This document shows, piece after piece, positions 62,791 to 64,000 of a stretch of 64,000 nt of DNA. The translations under genes were made by a program, and so were the position numbers. The stretch is from Mobula hypostoma. Its lineage: Eukaryota. The notes under the pieces are model-generated. The model had not been told where the DNA came from and searched no databases. It saw only the letters and a list, made by a program, of their open reading frames with translations. Each line of letters opens with the position of its first letter. The stretch's first letter is position 1. Location of the stretch: contig NC_086097.1 of assembly GCF_963921235.1 (NCBI RefSeq), forward strand, positions 255,070,001 through 255,134,000. The letters run 5' to 3'.

Positions 62791-63942
62791 GGTAAGAGAA
62801 GGTCAGTTCAGATGCACAGGTTAATTAATGCGAGATGTTTCCAATCCAAAGGCGGATGTTCTGAGAAGGTAATTATGTTGATATTCCACAGATTCCACGA
62901 CAGCAATACAAAATATCTATAGTAGTAGGTTTTGTCTCCGAAGTTGTTCCACTCCACAAATGAAATATCACCGACAGTGATCTTCGACAAATATCCTTAC
63001 AACACAAGTGGTACCACACCCGAATTCAGCAACGGGACATCTCAAAGTGGTGGCCTCAGGATACTCCAACAGAATCCACGTATGGATTATCACCAACAGT
63101 ATCTTATCACAAAGGGGACCCTCTTCGAGGGAAGAACCACCCAGGCAAGGGTCGACACACCGATAGATGCAACACGGTTACCCCAAACACACAACGTGAT
63201 AGCCACTTATCCAGTTCCACGACATACAAAATAACTCCAACAGTGATTTGCCACAGGGGTGCCTTTCTTCAGTGAACTACCACACCCAGACAAAGGGTAA
63301 ACACACATGTGGTATTCACAAAGGTTTTCCCCTCACCAGAGAACCTACTCCTGTGGATTAACTAAGTGAAAATCACACTTTCATAGTCGAATGGAAACAT
63401 ACTCACTCTCACTGGCTACTTAGAAAGAGAGTCCAAACAGTGATCTCTTTCTCACTAGGTTTCTTCTGTTTCAAACCTATCTCTCCTCTTTTCTCTTCCT
63501 GCAAACTTGTTCTAGTTGCAGAAAACTGGTGAGAGTCATTTATCAATACTCAGGATCGATCTCAGGTCACCCATTTTGGGTTACTGAAAGTTTAAAGCAG
63601 CCACCGACTCACTGGTATCTTCCATTGACCGAGTCCATCTTGACTCTAACTGTGCGTGTCCGTATGTCCTTGTATATTCAAAACAAGTTGCAGAGAAACC
63701 ATAACATCGATTGTCCATCAAATAGCTCCACCTCTCTCTCTCTCTAGAGCAGCTCAAACAGTGCCCAAAAGTCCGTCACATTCTCCCGACGTTTTAAAGT
63801 GATAGTCCACAGAAAATATGAACCCTAGGGGTACATAACACTTGGGAGTGAGTGATAAATCGGGTAATCGGTAAGAACCCAGAAGCAGGGTGAAAGATGG
63901 CAGCTGGCAAGTAGTGCATAAGAATGGGGCAAAGGATCCCAG

Positions 63943-64000
63943 CGAGCCAGGTAGGAGTCGAACCTACAATCTTCTGATCCGTAGTCAGACGCGTTCTCCA
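63943..64000 (-). tRNA. tRNA-Arg(ACG), array variant, cut by the window edge
   Basis: The 3' 58 nt are identical to the other array copies. Confidence 0.88.

Larger units (their letters stand above)
61561..63840 (-). mobile_element. Solo LTR family B (inverted) with a nested ~1-kb insert
   Basis: TGTTACA..CATAACA termini. Perfect CTTG TSD at 61557-61560 and 63841-63844. Confidence 0.92.
46190..64000 (-). repeat. Tandem array of a ~2.0-2.1-kb unit (tRNA-Arg, CTCF-like module, fossil Rex-like LINE), expanded by insertions
   Basis: tRNA copies at 49833, 54543, 56711, 59623 and 63943, with collinear spacers. A diverged partial unit lies at 46190-47030. The fossil LINE translates as FYTASMESILTADIAVLLGA (ORF 60330-60689). 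Confidence 0.92.

Noticed and set aside
62176..62922. 248-aa ORF with 12-aa repeats; 36-bp repeats resembling CRISPR
   Set aside because: The repeats are contiguous with no unique spacers, there are no cas genes, and the context is eukaryotic. The ORF arises from a minisatellite whose unit length is a multiple of three.

Overview
Eukaryotic genomic DNA. The CR1/Rex1/Penelope/Gypsy repeat landscape suggests a vertebrate, probably a cartilaginous fish; this is an inference. No intact host protein-coding gene is visible. The window is a tRNA-gene locus embedded in nested transposon debris. It has three divergent tRNA-Tyr(GTA, intron)/tRNA-Arg(ACG) pairs made by tandem and segmental duplication, two Arg pseudogenes, a degenerate Tyr gene and one tRNA-Ala(AGC). 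From about 46 kb to the window end runs a ~2-kb-unit tandem array of a variant tRNA-Arg(ACG), with five copies seen. Each unit carries a conserved noncoding module with a CTCF-like site plus a fossil LINE. Mobile elements include CR1, Rex1/Babar-like and RTE LINEs, Penelope fragments with minimal hammerhead ribozyme motifs, Tc1, hAT, two related Gypsy elements with a tRNA-Pro primer site, and several solo LTR families. The most notable signals are: (1) related LTRs inserted 100-200 bp downstream of the array tRNA-Arg genes, suggesting tRNA-targeted integration; (2) a CTCF-like module accompanying most tRNA loci; (3) a homogenised Arg variant with no nearby T4 terminator; (4) a hammerhead motif inside a perfect 69-bp hairpin. 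All coordinates were counted by eye, and repeat boundaries are approximate unless a target-site duplication (TSD) is given.
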